Shown: positions 31,773-41,386, counted from the first letter of the stretch. The stretch is 64,000 bases of DNA from Clostridia bacterium (GCA_017509785.1 JAFWOT010000012.1:645476-709475); one strand, 5' to 3'. Program-made: numbers and translations. The notes: a model not told the origin generated them from the letters alone.

Positions 31773-32849
31773 TCAGTTGACGATCTCAAGGGGGACTTCC
31801 GCGTACTCGCCCATCGGGGTGAATACCGCGCCCGCGCCGGGGGTGGCGTATATGCGGTCGGCGGCTATGGCTATGAATTCAAAGCCGCCCCCGTCGCGCC
31901 GAAGCTCCAGCGCCTTATCGACGCCCATAACGAATATCGCCGTGCTCAGCGCGTCGCCCTCGGCGGCGCTCCCGGAAAGGACCGTCACGGAAAGGAGACC
32001 GCTGTCGGCGGGGCGCCCGGTCAGCGGGTCGAGAATATGCCAGTAGACGCGGCCGTCCTGCTCAAAATACCGCTCGTACCCGCCGGAGGTGCTGACGGAT
32101 CCCGACGATATCCCGAGCGTGCCCGCGTAAACACCGGGGTTCTTGGGATCCTGCACGGCGATCTTCCATTTTGTGCCGTCGGGCTTTGAGCCGAACGCGA
32201 GTATGGTGCTCGAGCCGAGATCGAGCAGCGCCGCTTCCGTGCCGCTCTCCTTCAGAAGATCCGCCGCCTTATCCGCGGCATAGCCCTTGGCGAGCGCGCC
32301 GAGGTCGATCTGCATCCCGGCGGGAAGCGTGACGGCGCCGACGTCCGGGTCAAGGGTCAGCTTATCGTCGTCAACGAGGGGCAGGAGCGAGGCAAGCTCC
32401 TCATCCGAAGGGACGCGCATGGGCCCGTCCGTAAAGCCCCAGACCTTTGAAACGGGTCGAAGAGTGATCTCGAAGCTGTCGCCCAGCTTCGCGGAAACGC
32501 GGGCCGCGATGGAGAGGAGCTCGAAAGTCTCCTCCGAAACGGGGGTCGGCTGACCCGAACCCGCGTTGAGCGCGAATATCTCGCTGTTCTCATTCGTGAC
32601 GGAGAGAAGCGAATCGAGTCTGCTCATGAGAGCGCAGGCTTCGTCAAGACCCTCTTCGGCTTTGCCGCCGTAGGCGCGGAGCTTCATGTAGGTATCCATA
32701 AGGAACAGCTCGCGTTCCGCCGGCCTTTCCGCCGCGCAGGAGGGGCCGAGCGCGCATACGAACAGCATCAAAAGCGCGAGAGCAAGGGCTTTCGCCCTCC
32801 TCCCCGCTGCTGCCCTGCGGTATTCGGTTCCGTAAACGGTTAGCTTCAT
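31773..32849 (-). CDS. apbE: FAD:protein FMN transferase (ApbE family), probably a lipoprotein
   Basis: 358 aa with an N-terminal signal and Cys. ApbE-type motifs are present (MDTYMKLRAYG, LGALAKGYAADKAADLL, SGSVSTSGGYERYF). Confidence 0.8.
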   Translation of the reverse strand: MKLTVYGTEYRRAAAGRRAKALALALLMLFVCALGPSCAAERPAERELFLMDTYMKLRAYGGKAEEGLDEACALMSRLDSLLSVTNENSEIFALNAGSGQPTPVSEETFELLSIAARVSAKLGDSFEITLRPVSKVWGFTDGPMRVPSDEELASLLPLVDDDKLTLDPDVGAVTLPAGMQIDLGALAKGYAADKAADLLKESGTEAALLDLGSSTILAFGSKPDGTKWKIAVQDPKNPGVYAGTLGISSGSVSTSGGYERYFEQDGRVYWHILDPLTGRPADSGLLSVTVLSGSAAEGDALSTAIFVMGVDKALELRRDGGGFEFIAIAADRIYATPGAGAVFTPMGEYAEVPLEIVN

Positions 32850-32952
32850 CTAACTGATTATAGTGCATCATCGGGGTTTTGTCAACATGAAAAACGGGAG
32901 ATCCCGGCATAAAAAGGGGCTCCCCGCGCGGGGAGCCCAATGAGCGTTTGCG

Positions 32953-35900
32953 TCAGATGAGTGCGAATATAGCGGAGAGATCGGAGGAATCGACCGTGCC
33001 GTTCTGGCTCGCGTCAGCGTTGGCAAGGCCCTGCGCGGTAAGCTCGCCCTTGCCGAGCAGATACGCGGAGAGTGCGGAGATATCGCCCATGTCGACCTTG
33101 CCGTCGCAGTTGACGTCGCCGAGGAGACCGGCGGGAGTCTGGTTCTCGGTATAGGTCGCCGTTACGGTGAGGTTCCCCGTCACGTTGGTGAAGGGAGTAT
33201 CCCATCCTGCGAAGGTGTAGCCCTCGCGCGTGGGATCGGCGGGCGCTTCCGCCGAGGAGCCGTAGCCGACCGTCTGGGTCGAGAGGACGGTGCCGTCCCA
33301 ATCGACGAATGTGACTACGTAGGTGTTGAGCGTATAGGTCGCCGTTACGGTGATATCGGCTGTGACGTTATCGAACGCCCTGTCCCAACCCATGAAGGTA
33401 TAGCCCTCCCTCACGGGGTTCGCGGGAGCGACAGCCGTGCCGCCGGCCTCCACCTGCTGGGTGGAGAGGACCGTGCCGTCCCAATCGACGAATGTGACTG
33501 TGAAGCTGCCGGGAGCGGGAGTCTCGGTGGGCTCCGCGGTGGGATCGGGATCGTCCCCTCCGACATACTTATAAAGGTAGAGATCGTGCCAGTCGGAGAG
33601 GTTATACGGACGGAAATCCGCCTGATAGATGCTTATCATCCTGGTGGAGCCCTCCAGCGTGGTGGTCAGATAGTAGGAGCCCGCGGTTTCCGCCGCCGCG
33701 ACGGTGAAGCCGTACGTCGCCTCCGCGGCCGTGCTGAAGCCGTTGGTTTTGTCGGTCGATATCATGCAGTAGACGTCCGCGGCCTCGTTATAGAGCGTGA
33801 AGGAGCCGTCGGTCTGCTTCTCCATATGCCAGACTACCGTCTCGGGAGGATCGATGACCGTGGTCCCCTCGAGAGTTACGGCGGAGGCAAGCATATGCCC
33901 CTTATTGACCGTGCTGCTCATTGCGCCGGTGTAACTGCCGTTCACGCCGTAGAGCACGTAATCGCCGTCGGTCACGTCCGCAATATCGGTGACGAGCTCA
34001 AAGCCGCCGTCGACGGGATCGGGAGTGGGCGTGGGTTCGGGCGTGGGAGTGGGCTCCGCAGTGGGAGTGGGCTCCGCCGTGGGCTGAGGCTCCGCGCCTT
34101 CAACGAATTTATAGAGGCGGAGCGAGATGAACGCGCTCGTCTTATACGCTCTGAAATCGTTCTGATAGATGCTGATGCCCCTGTCGCAGCCGGAGAGCGT
34201 CGTTTTGAGGAAGAACTCGTTCTGCTTGTTCTCAACGGCGGAGGCCGTATAGCCGAGCTCGGCCGTATCGGCAAGGGAGAACCCGGAAGAGCCGTCCGAG
34301 GAGATGACGCAGTACTTGCCCGCAGCCTCGTTATAGAGCGTGAAGTAACCGTCCTGCTCGTCAAGGCGCCAGATGACGGTCTCTTCGGGATCGACGACGG
34401 TGTTGCCGTTAAGCGTGACGGTTTCGGCAAGCATCTTGCCGGACTGGAGCGTGCTGCCCATGGCGCCGGCGTAACTGCCGTTAACGCCGTAAAGCACGTA
34501 TTTGCCGGCGGTGATATCGGCAAGATCTGTCACGAGGACGTAGCTGCCCTCACCGGAGGGAGTCTCCGTGGGAGAGGCCGCGAGCTTTATGCAGCCGTCG
34601 GTCACGGTGAAGTCGATATCCGTCCCGGCGGTGGAGCCGAGGGGCATGTTCTGGAAGCTCGTCACCGTGAGGGAAACGGGCTGATCCTGAGTGCAGTTTT
34701 CATTGACTGTGAAGTTGAGGTCAAGCACAACGCCGCTGCCCGTGATCGAGGTCATGGGTACCATCGTGCCGAAGCTGTCGCCGTTGGGCATGAACACGGC
34801 GTCGGCGGGGATGAGCCCGCCCGCGGTGATGGAATCGAGGGTGAGAGCGGAGCTGTCATATGAGACAGTGCCGTTGAAAACGTGCGCCTCGTATTCTCCG
34901 GAGATGCTCACGGGGACGGTGACTGAGGAGCCGGGCTCGGCGTTTTCCACCGTGCCGACGGTTATTGCGACGGGCGCCGCGGGGATATCCGTGCCGTCCC
35001 AAAGGGCGGCGTCGTAGCTGCAGCTCCCGGAGGACCAGGTGCTGCCCGACCAGCCGGACTGCCCGCTGACGTAATAGAGCTTGAAGCCGGCGGGGACTTC
35101 GCCTTCATCGCTGCCGGAGATCATTATCTGATCGGCGCCCTCGTCATGGAATACGGGCGCCGCTCCCGCGAAATAGAGGCCCTGCAGCGCGGGGCAGTCA
35201 CGGAACGCTCTGCGCTCGAACTCCGCGCTTCCAAGGACGAAAACGCTCTCAAGCGCGGTATCGTTATAGAAAGCGTAAGTGCCAACGGAGACGACCGTCG
35301 CGGGGATGGTCACGGAGGTGAGGCTCGCGTTGTTTGCAAAAGCCGCGCAGCCGATGCCGCTTACGGTGTATCCGCCTATCGCGGAGGGGATCGAAACCAC
35401 CGATTCGCTCCCATTATAGGAGAGGATGACGGCGGAACCGTTCTTAACGTAATAGGTGTAATCGCCCGAAGTCACGGGGACGTAATCGAAGCCGTTCACG
35501 TCGTCGCCGTAGATGAGCCTGCCGAACTCGGGATAATCGACGAAGGCGTTGCGGTTGCCCTGAATGGACTGCACGTAATCGTTTCTCGAGATCTCGATCT
35601 CATCGACGGGATCCAGCAGGTTCCATTCGAGCAGGGTTTGGAAGGTCGAATCCGCAACGGGGCTCGAAAGGTCCTCGCCCCAGCGGGCGGCGATGTAGAA
35701 ATAGGTGCGGGCAACGTCGCCCTTGACCTCGTCACGGGGCTCGAAGGTATCCTCCGCCGTGTTGATATAGGAATGGATGCCGACGTTGTTGTAAGTGAGC
35801 TGCTTTGTGGCGGTATCGACCCAGCTCATCAGATGATTCCCGCGGGTGGAATTGACGGTCTGATCCTCGGGGCGGATATGATAGAGATCGGCGCCCGCGT

Positions 35901-36285
35901 TGGAATTTGAGAAGGTCCCCCTCGAGACCGGCCAGACGTGCTCGCGGCTATAGGTGACGCCGCTGTCCCACGTCCCGTCGACCGAAGCGCCCGAATAGAT
36001 GAGGCGGATGTTTCCCGCGTGGTCGGGATCCGCGTCTGAATTGACGAACAGATAGCGGATCTCGTCATACGTCGTTATCTTCGTATGGGTCGTCGACATG
36101 ACGCTTGAGAGCGCTTCGAAAAGCTCATTCCCGCTGAGGGACAGGAGCGTGTCAACGGAATAGCCCGCTTCGGAATAATAATCCGAGACCGCGTCCCTTT
36201 CCGTAACGCCGAAGACCCGCATCGGAAGCATTCCGACGATCATCAGCGCGGCAATGAGAATTGCTGCAATTCGTTTGGTCATCAA
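32953..36285 (-). CDS. Secreted Endonuclease I-domain protein with LRR, cohesin-like, repeat, Listeria-Bacteroides-repeat and dockerin modules
   Basis: 1110 aa with a signal peptide. EHVWPVSRG...ADLYHIRPEDQTVNSTRGN is the Endonuclease I motif pair. A BspA-type LRR follows. The cohesin-like segment is ITVGTVENAEPGSSVTVPVSISG...VSYDSSALTL. There are two ~150-aa repeats and two FVDWDGTVLSTQ..GYTF.GWD repeats. The C-terminus has a DVNCDGKVDMGD dockerin. Confidence 0.85.
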   Translation of the reverse strand: MMTKRIAAILIAALMIVGMLPMRVFGVTERDAVSDYYSEAGYSVDTLLSLSGNELFEALSSVMSTTHTKITTYDEIRYLFVNSDADPDHAGNIRLIYSGASVDGTWDSGVTYSREHVWPVSRGTFSNSNAGADLYHIRPEDQTVNSTRGNHLMSWVDTATKQLTYNNVGIHSYINTAEDTFEPRDEVKGDVARTYFYIAARWGEDLSSPVADSTFQTLLEWNLLDPVDEIEISRNDYVQSIQGNRNAFVDYPEFGRLIYGDDVNGFDYVPVTSGDYTYYVKNGSAVILSYNGSESVVSIPSAIGGYTVSGIGCAAFANNASLTSVTIPATVVSVGTYAFYNDTALESVFVLGSAEFERRAFRDCPALQGLYFAGAAPVFHDEGADQIMISGSDEGEVPAGFKLYYVSGQSGWSGSTWSSGSCSYDAALWDGTDIPAAPVAITVGTVENAEPGSSVTVPVSISGEYEAHVFNGTVSYDSSALTLDSITAGGLIPADAVFMPNGDSFGTMVPMTSITGSGVVLDLNFTVNENCTQDQPVSLTVTSFQNMPLGSTAGTDIDFTVTDGCIKLAASPTETPSGEGSYVLVTDLADITAGKYVLYGVNGSYAGAMGSTLQSGKMLAETVTLNGNTVVDPEETVIWRLDEQDGYFTLYNEAAGKYCVISSDGSSGFSLADTAELGYTASAVENKQNEFFLKTTLSGCDRGISIYQNDFRAYKTSAFISLRLYKFVEGAEPQPTAEPTPTAEPTPTPEPTPTPDPVDGGFELVTDIADVTDGDYVLYGVNGSYTGAMSSTVNKGHMLASAVTLEGTTVIDPPETVVWHMEKQTDGSFTLYNEAADVYCMISTDKTNGFSTAAEATYGFTVAAAETAGSYYLTTTLEGSTRMISIYQADFRPYNLSDWHDLYLYKYVGGDDPDPTAEPTETPAPGSFTVTFVDWDGTVLSTQQVEAGGTAVAPANPVREGYTFMGWDRAFDNVTADITVTATYTLNTYVVTFVDWDGTVLSTQTVGYGSSAEAPADPTREGYTFAGWDTPFTNVTGNLTVTATYTENQTPAGLLGDVNCDGKVDMGDISALSAYLLGKGELTAQGLANADASQNGTVDSSDLSAIFALI

Positions 36286-36405
36286 AGGATCCTCCTGTGT
36301 GAATGTGATAATCTGCTCCGATTATACACCCGTCCGTTTTTTTTGACAACAAAAAAACAACCGTGACACAAAAATGTTTATTAGTTATATATCTTCTTCC
36401 GAGTG

Positions 36406-36434
36406 TTGAATTTTTCCCGCCCATGCTGTATAAT
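36406..36434 (+). promoter_or_regulatory. Near-consensus sigma-A promoter upstream of the tRNA-like units and tRNA-Ser
   Basis: TTGAAT (36406-36411), a 17 nt spacer, then TATAAT (36429-36434) preceded by TG. Confidence 0.7.
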
Positions 36435-36446
36435 GCTTTAGTCGAA

Positions 36447-36810
36447 TGGAGCGGTATCGAAGTGGTCATAACGGTCCTGACTCGAAAACGAGTTGTCCAT
36501 TCGGCACCCTCCTCTCGAAAAATCCTTTGTTTTACTGGGTTTTTCGAGGTTTGATAACTGAATATTTTTCGCAGTTCTCTTCATCAGTTCTCTCCGTTTT
36601 CCGAGGGTTGATTTTCGAGATAAGCTTGGAGCGGTATCGAAGTGGTCATAACGGACCTGACTCGAAAACGTGCGGTCTACTTGGTACCCTCCCCCTAAAA
36701 AAATCCTTTTGTTTGTTAGGATTTTTGAGGCTTGAAAACAGAATATTTGCGTTTGTTCTCTCCTCCAATTCTCTCCTTTTTCCGGAGGCTTGGAGCTTGA
36801 GCAAATATAC
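36447..36810 (+). repeat. Two ~180 bp tandem units, each beginning with a 44 nt tRNA-Ser-like 5' segment and ending in an A/T-rich hairpin
   Basis: TGGAGCGGTATCGAAGTGGTCATAACGG(T/A)CCTGACTCGAAAACG occurs at 36447 and 36628. It shares the GGAG..GGTC..ACTCGAAA layout with the downstream tRNA-Ser but has no T-arm. Each unit is followed by a hairpin and a similar spacer. Confidence 0.6.
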
Positions 36811-36899
36811 GGAGAGTTGTCCGAGAGGTCGAAGGTGCAGCACTCGAAATGCTGTGTTCCCGCAAGGAACCCTGGGTTCGAATCCCAGACTCTCCGCCA
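36811..36899 (+). tRNA. tRNA-Ser (anticodon CGA), class II with a long variable arm and encoded CCA
   Basis: The acceptor stem is GGAGAGT/ACTCTCC. The anticodon arm is CAGCA-CTCGAAA-TGCTG. The variable arm is TGTTCCCGCAAGGAAC. The T-arm is CTGGGTTCGAATCCCAG, and the 3' end is GCCA. Confidence 0.9.
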
Positions 36900-36900
36900 A

Positions 36901-36940
36901 AAAGCTAGAAAATCATTAGGTTTTCTGGCTTTTTCTTTTC
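36901..36940. repeat. Left copy of the ~40 bp imperfect direct repeat (candidate attL) immediately 3' of tRNA-Ser
   Basis: AAAGCTAGAAAATCATTAGGTTTTCTGGCTTTTT recurs at 53947-53986. The 24 nt core AAATCATTAGGTTTTCTGGCTTTT is identical in both copies. Confidence 0.7.
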
Positions 36941-37038
36941 GCAATCAAGCAGTGTTTTTTGCAAAACACGCACTTCTCCATGAATTCCGGAGAGAATCAG
37001 AAAAGAAAAATCAAGAAACGTAACTTGTAATTCGAATC

Positions 37039-38190
37039 TCACAGTCCGAGGCTCTCAGACAGTGCATGTGCAGAACTCAATTTCGAGCTGTACTCGAGGT
37101 GCGAGTAGATATTTGCAGTCGTCGAGAAGTCGCTGTGACCAAGCCATTCCTGTATCTGTTTCATCGGAACGCCGCTTGAAAGCAGCAGCGAAGCGCAGGA
37201 ATGACGCAGATCGTGGAAGCGGATCTTTCGCAAGCCGGTTTCGGTGAGAAGCTTTCCGAAGCAGTTTGTCACATAGCCCGGCTTAATAAGGTCCCCTATC
37301 TCGTTGACGCAGATATAGCCCGCGTATTCCTTGATGTACGATTTTCCGCAGAGCCTGCGGTTCTCCTCCTGCTCCGCCCTGAGCTCGAGCAGCCTGTCCC
37401 TGACGGCGCTCACGAGAGGCAAAGTTCTCATACTGGATTTGGTCTTGGTCCTGTCCTGCTTTACGAGTATTACCTTTCCGTCGACGCTGCACTCCGTAAC
37501 GGTGTGCTTTATCGTGATCGTGTTCCGTTCGAAGTCCACGGCGTCCCACTTGAGACCGAGCACCTCGCTTCGCCTTAATCCGTAGAACGCGGCGAGCATT
37601 ATTGGAATTTCAAGTTTTGTGCCTTTGCATGCTTCGAGCAGCGCCTTCATCTCATCAGCGTCGTAAAAGCTTCCTGTGAAAAGCTCCTTTCGAGGGCGCT
37701 CCACCTTATCCGCCGGATTGACAGGAATCATATCGAGCTTCACTGCGTATTTGAGTGCTTTGTGAATGTTCGCATGATAGTGAATCACGGAATTCGCCTT
37801 TACATGCTTGAGCTTTTCAATATAGAAATCCTGAATATCCTTAGCAGTAAGGTCCTTCAGCCTAATGCCCTTCTCCCGGAAATACGGCGCGATCGTCCCC
37901 TTTACCATAGTCGAATACGAAGAATACGTGACGACCGTAATAGAGCTTTTTACGATCTCGAGCCATTGCTCCATGTAATCGGCAAATAGGATATCCGAGT
38001 TTTCTTTAATGCGCTCCGGCGGAACGAAAGCCATTCTCTCTATAGCGAGTATCTCTTCCGCCTTCTTCTTGTTTCCCTTCACCGGAAGACCGGTTGCGAT
38101 CCATTTGGTTTTGCGCTTTCCGAGCGCGTCGGTGTAACTGAGTACCGCGTAAAAGTACCCGTTCTTTTCGCTGAGATGTCCTGATGTCAT
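37039..38190 (-). CDS. Tyrosine-type site-specific integrase
   Basis: 383 aa with a SAM-like N-terminal domain. The catalytic region contains GLRRSEVLGLKW, FHDLRHSCASLL and LGHSDFSTTANIYSHL. Confidence 0.9.
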   Translation of the reverse strand: MTSGHLSEKNGYFYAVLSYTDALGKRKTKWIATGLPVKGNKKKAEEILAIERMAFVPPERIKENSDILFADYMEQWLEIVKSSITVVTYSSYSTMVKGTIAPYFREKGIRLKDLTAKDIQDFYIEKLKHVKANSVIHYHANIHKALKYAVKLDMIPVNPADKVERPRKELFTGSFYDADEMKALLEACKGTKLEIPIMLAAFYGLRRSEVLGLKWDAVDFERNTITIKHTVTECSVDGKVILVKQDRTKTKSSMRTLPLVSAVRDRLLELRAEQEENRRLCGKSYIKEYAGYICVNEIGDLIKPGYVTNCFGKLLTETGLRKIRFHDLRHSCASLLLSSGVPMKQIQEWLGHSDFSTTANIYSHLEYSSKLSSAHALSESLGL

Positions 38191-38293
38191 TTTATTAGCC
38201 TCCTTGTAGTTATTGCGGACACCCCCGCCGTCAGCCGATTATGTACAGTATAAATACCTTCGGGTTCGAATGCGAGGGTGCCGCACAATTGAT

Positions 38294-38563
38294 TTATCCT
38301 TTTCCGATGTTAAGATAGCTTATGAGATGCGCCTTCGGGATCCTGTAAGCCCGTCCGATCTTGAGGCTTTGGAGCTTTCCTTCGCGCAGGAGAGCGTAGC
38401 AGGTCTTGGTGCTGACCCCCAGCACCTGACTGACCTGTTCCACGTTCATTACGTCCGGATACTCCTTGAGCATGAGCCTGTAGGCGTCTCTCTGTGTAAG
38501 ATTCGGCGATCTGTTCAATACGTTCATTGCGTTCATTTCGCCGGCAAACTGACAATTCTGCAT
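38294..38563 (-). CDS. Helix-turn-helix DNA-binding protein (excisionase-like)
   Basis: 89 aa. MNVEQVSQVLGVSTKTCYALLREGKLQSLKIGRAYRIPK is an excisionase/MerR-type HTH. The gene lies next to the integrase. Confidence 0.65.
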   Translation of the reverse strand: MQNCQFAGEMNAMNVLNRSPNLTQRDAYRLMLKEYPDVMNVEQVSQVLGVSTKTCYALLREGKLQSLKIGRAYRIPKAHLISYLNIGKG

Positions 38564-38577
38564 AGAGCCTCCCTTCC

Positions 38578-39423
38578 TCAGCGTTCCTCGCGCTGACGCT
38601 CAAGGTGGTTCCTGTAGAACTCACAGGCCTTGAGTATGAATGCCTTGGCGCGATCCGGGCTCGTATCGGGCAGATACTTTGAAAGATCGCTCACGGGGAT
38701 GCTGACGCGCTCCTTCTGATTCGGCTTCTCCTCGGCCATGATCTCCATGATCGCGTCCTCCGTGAGCCTGCCCTCGGCGCTGAGCCTTTTCATATGGCAT
38801 GCCTGGGAGAGGGACGGCGTCGCCTGGGCGAAGCCGATCTCCGAGAATAACAACTCCTGCTCCTCGTGCGTGAGGTACGAGAGCTCGACCGCGGGAGTGA
38901 AGGCGATACGGCCTTCATCCACCAGATCGAGGAGCGGCGGGATGAGATTGGTCAGACGGATGTAGCGCTGGATCTGGCGCCCGCTTTCATCCCCGTCGAT
39001 ATCGTCCCTTGACTTGTGGCCAACTTGTCCACAAGTGAGATCCCGCTTCCCCTGTCGTGAAAGCGCTTCGAGCTTAAGCTTGTAAGCAAACGCCTTTTCA
39101 CTCGGCAGCAGCCGCTCACGGTGAAGATTGCTGTCGACAAGCGCTATCGCAGCTTCGTCCCGCGTCATATCCATTTCGATCGCAGGGACGGTGTCGAGCC
39201 CCGCGCGCTTGGCCGCGTGGATGCGCCTGTGCCCGGATATTACCTCGTAACCTCCGTCTATCGGACGGACGTATATCGGCGTCATAACGCCGTGTTCCTG
39301 AATACTTTCGACGAGCCTGTCCATCTCGTCATCATCGACCACCCTGTAAGGATGGCCGGTAAAGGGCTTGAGCTTCCCGCTGCTCAGGTCCTTTATAGTT
39401 TTGGTTTCTTGTTTTTCTGTCAT
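38578..39423 (-). CDS. ParB-like N-terminal domain protein
   Basis: 281 aa with the ParB/Srx motif IYVRPIDGGYEVISGHRRIHAAKRAGL. Confidence 0.75.
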   Translation of the reverse strand: MTEKQETKTIKDLSSGKLKPFTGHPYRVVDDDEMDRLVESIQEHGVMTPIYVRPIDGGYEVISGHRRIHAAKRAGLDTVPAIEMDMTRDEAAIALVDSNLHRERLLPSEKAFAYKLKLEALSRQGKRDLTCGQVGHKSRDDIDGDESGRQIQRYIRLTNLIPPLLDLVDEGRIAFTPAVELSYLTHEEQELLFSEIGFAQATPSLSQACHMKRLSAEGRLTEDAIMEIMAEEKPNQKERVSIPVSDLSKYLPDTSPDRAKAFILKACEFYRNHLERQREER

Positions 39424-39452
39424 AAATTCTCCTTGTTATCATTGTTTTTGAG

Positions 39453-40820
39453 TTATCGTTCTTCCATGAGCTCTCTCATGGCTTCCTGCCTGTTTACGGC
39501 AGGATCGTCCAGGACCTCCGTGATATGGAGCATGTCGACCTTCGTATTCGCGATGATCCTTTTCTCGCTGCGAAGCTTACGCAGCCGTTTGTTGACCGCG
39601 ACCAGCTTTTCGTACAGCTCGGTCTTTTCTTTGTTGAGGGCGGTCATATCCCTACCTTCCAGCAGGCACTGTGCTTCGAAGAGACGAGCGTGCTCCTCGG
39701 CGTAATCCTCCGGAACGCCTGCGTAATACTCCGCGTCGGCGAGCGCGTCGTACAGCTTTTTGTTCCGCTTCTTTTTGCTGTTGAGGATCGTCCGCGTTTT
39801 CGTGAGCCTGTCCATCTCGGCTTCGATCGCGGCCTCCCTTGCGTTGAGAGCGTCAGGATCGTCGATCTCGTATTTGCCGATGAATATAAGTTCTTCCTGT
39901 AAACGGCGGAACAGTTTAAGGTCCTCCGGTTTGACCTTGTACGGGACCTGCTTCCTCTCGGCGAACATTCCCAGAATGTACATGTAGTGTGCGACCAAGG
40001 CCCTGAACCCGTGAAGCTTTTTGAACGGCACGAACGGGATACGCTCTCTTTCCTTGATAACGAAGGTCTCATGAGTCGTGTCCATGAGATCGTTCTCTAT
40101 GAGCCTGTCGATATCGTCCTCCGTGAGCGATTTGCCGTCATGCTTCAATCGGAAGCCGTGCTCAGCTCCCTTGGGCTTGAAGGTCGGATATTTGCTGTTG
40201 TGCTCTACCTCATACCCACGGGCTTCCATAAGGCGGTAAACGTCGCCCGCACTCAGGGCGATCGCAAGCACCTCTTCCGCGTCCTTATCGAGCATTTCGC
40301 GGAGCGTCGGATACCCGAGCTTGTTCGCCCGCCACAGGGCGTAGCTCTTGCCATGGCGGCCCGGGTTCTCGATGACCGAAAGCCCGTTCTCACGGCAGAG
40401 CCTGTCCGAAGTGCCGCGGACCTGAACGTAATACGACTCAGCTGTGCTGTGGTATTTTTTGCCCGTAAGGAAACTCACCGAGTTTACCGCCATATGGTTA
40501 TGGATATGATCCTTGTCGATATGCGTGGCAAGGACTACCTCGTATCCCTTGAAGTGCTCCTCGATGAACTGACGGCCTATGTCGTGAGCGAGCTCCGGCG
40601 ATACCTCTCCGGGATCGAAGGACTGTATGCCGTGGAACATCTCGATCCCGCCTTCCTTGCCCCAGCGGGCTTTTGTTTCGAGCATCTGCCTTGCGGCGGT
40701 ATCGAGCTCGCAATGGAAGCAGCTGACAAGGGTATGCTCCTCTGTCTTCATTGGATTGGCGACATAGCTGATCAGCTGATCGGGCCGCATGTGTCTTGAG
40801 AGAACCTTCGTTACCGCCAT
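39453..40820 (-). CDS. Relaxase/mobilization nuclease (MobA/VirD2 family)
   Basis: ORF trimmed to MAVTKVL (GGGAGG RBS). The His triad is HIDKDHIHNHMAVNSV. A long coiled-coil C-terminus follows. Confidence 0.85.
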   Translation of the reverse strand: MAVTKVLSRHMRPDQLISYVANPMKTEEHTLVSCFHCELDTAARQMLETKARWGKEGGIEMFHGIQSFDPGEVSPELAHDIGRQFIEEHFKGYEVVLATHIDKDHIHNHMAVNSVSFLTGKKYHSTAESYYVQVRGTSDRLCRENGLSVIENPGRHGKSYALWRANKLGYPTLREMLDKDAEEVLAIALSAGDVYRLMEARGYEVEHNSKYPTFKPKGAEHGFRLKHDGKSLTEDDIDRLIENDLMDTTHETFVIKERERIPFVPFKKLHGFRALVAHYMYILGMFAERKQVPYKVKPEDLKLFRRLQEELIFIGKYEIDDPDALNAREAAIEAEMDRLTKTRTILNSKKKRNKKLYDALADAEYYAGVPEDYAEEHARLFEAQCLLEGRDMTALNKEKTELYEKLVAVNKRLRKLRSEKRIIANTKVDMLHITEVLDDPAVNRQEAMRELMEER

Positions 40821-41131
40821 ACTGCCTCCCATTCCCGCATGAGGGCGAGTATCCGCTCAAAGGCGATACGGGCCATACGGAAGTCGTCGTTTGTTACGAA
40901 GCCCTCCGCGTTCGCTCTGTGCACGAGCTGATTGAAGTTGACGCCGATCCGGTCGATCGAGGTGCGGAGCTCGGTGAAGTCTGCATTCGGCCTTTCCCTC
41001 ACGGGTTTGCTCATGATGAGCTTTCGGATGAGGTTGGCTTTTGAAAGGCCGGTGCTTTCGCACAATCTTTCCAGCTCACGGTTTTCTTCGTCGCTCATCC
41101 ACAGGTGATATTGATGCGCTGTTTTTTTCAT
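40811..41131 (-). CDS. MobC-like relaxosome accessory protein
   Basis: ORF trimmed to MKKTAHQYHLWMSDEENRELERL (GGAGGTGG RBS). It has an RHH-like N-terminus and IGVNFNQLVHRAN, which is typical of MobC. It overlaps the relaxase start by 10 nt. Confidence 0.75.
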   Translation of the reverse strand: MKKTAHQYHLWMSDEENRELERLCESTGLSKANLIRKLIMSKPVRERPNADFTELRTSIDRIGVNFNQLVHRANAEGFVTNDDFRMARIAFERILALMREWEAVWR

Positions 41132-41386
41132 GGCGCCACCTCCCGCGGTAAGCGGCATAGGGGTTCGGGGCCTGTCCCCGACAAGCAAGGCTTTTTTGGT
41201 ACAAAAAGGCGATGCTTGCAAAGACATTCACCCGCCCATGCTTTTGGTTTTTGGTTGATTTTGTTCATTAAAACCTCCTGTATTTGTGTTATTTGATTTG
41301 GCGTCACACAGAAGCGATCACTTGGCTTCGTGATGCCAAATCCGGCGCTTTTGGCGCCATGGGTGATTAACGCATACGGTCAATTC

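Noticed and set aside
36447-36810. The tandem repeats upstream of tRNA-Ser could be a CRISPR array.
   Set aside because: There are only two copies of a 44 nt block. The units are about 180 bp long and their spacers are also homologous to each other. No cas genes are present. The block resembles the adjacent tRNA.
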